Source: a virus. Taken from it: a DNA stretch of 39,460 nt. The notes under the pieces are model-generated. The model saw only the letters and a list, made by a program, of their open reading frames with translations. It was not told where the DNA came from and ran no database searches. Shown in pieces: positions 39,272 to 39,460 of this stretch. Positions within the stretch are counted from its first letter, which is position 1. Every line of letters starts with the position of its first letter. The stretch is taken from the IMG/VR virus record IMGVR_UViG_3300045988_131409, one strand, 5' to 3'. A program made the translations under genes and the position numbers.

Positions 39272-39460
39272 CTACGCGGCGAGTTCCACGGGAGCCCGCT
39301 CTTCCAATTTGGAGTAGGGGATGACGGTCACACCGTAGTTGCGGAACGCGGTGAGCGCGCCGCGCTGCAACGGCGTCTGCCGGTCGTCGCCGATGACTAT
39401 CAGCCGGGAATCCCTGCGCTTGGGATCCTTCTTCGTGTCATCCCAACCGAACATGATGTC
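39272..39460 (-). CDS. DUF1828/DUF1829-like protein, 3' part (same gene as 1..704)
   Basis: The frame is continuous with 1..704 once the 119-bp overlap is collapsed. Stop at 39272..39274. Confidence 0.7.
   Translation of the reverse strand, partial: DIMFGWDDTKKDPKRRDSRLIVIGDDRQTPLQRGALTAFRNYGVTVIPYSKLEERAPVELAA
39342..39460. repeat. Terminal overlap copy 2 (identical to 1..119)
   Basis: Direct comparison of both ends. Confidence 0.95.

Larger units (their letters stand above)
1..39460. mobile_element. Complete temperate siphovirus-like phage genome (circular contig with 119-bp end overlap)
   Basis: Full set of lysogeny, replication, packaging, head, tail, lysis, attP and integrase modules. 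The ends overlap and rebuild one intact ORF. Confidence 0.85.

Overview
The window holds a complete genome of a high-GC temperate siphovirus-type phage. From composition and gene content, the host is probably an Actinomycetota or Bifidobacterium-like bacterium. The contig is circularly closed: bases 1-119 recur exactly at 39342-39460, so the unique circle is 39341 bp and the window opens inside a gene. Gene order: (1) a minus-strand, lysogeny-side block of lipoprotein, DUF1828/1829-like protein, 150-aa protein and XRE repressor; (2) an operator region; (3) early and replication genes, namely HTH proteins, a Xis-like protein, SSB, a ParB-like protein, an initiator with internal iterons, an HNH, an Orn-like exonuclease and many small translationally coupled ORFs; (4) a terminator; (5) HNH, TerS, TerL, portal and MuF-like protein; (6) tRNA-Tyr; (7) scaffold, capsid and connectors; (8) tail genes, namely the major tail protein, G/GT chaperone with a CCCAAAA slip site, tape measure, Dit, Tal-like protein and fibres; (9) the last fibre (receptor-binding) gene with an invertible cassette array and its own small tyrosine recombinase; (10) lysis genes; (11) attP with arm-type repeats; (12) integrase; (13) a low-GC two-gene moron. 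The strongest finding is a shufflon at 31683-33808. It has one + site inside the fibre gene and inverted sites (core TTCCCTA) in front of three promoterless, in-frame alternative C-terminal cassettes. The second is a MuF-like head protein with a nuclease/toxin-like C-terminal module that has no immunity ORF downstream and is followed instead by a phage tRNA-Tyr. All calls come from reading the sequence and ORF translations only. No database search was run, so family names are recognition-based and hedged.
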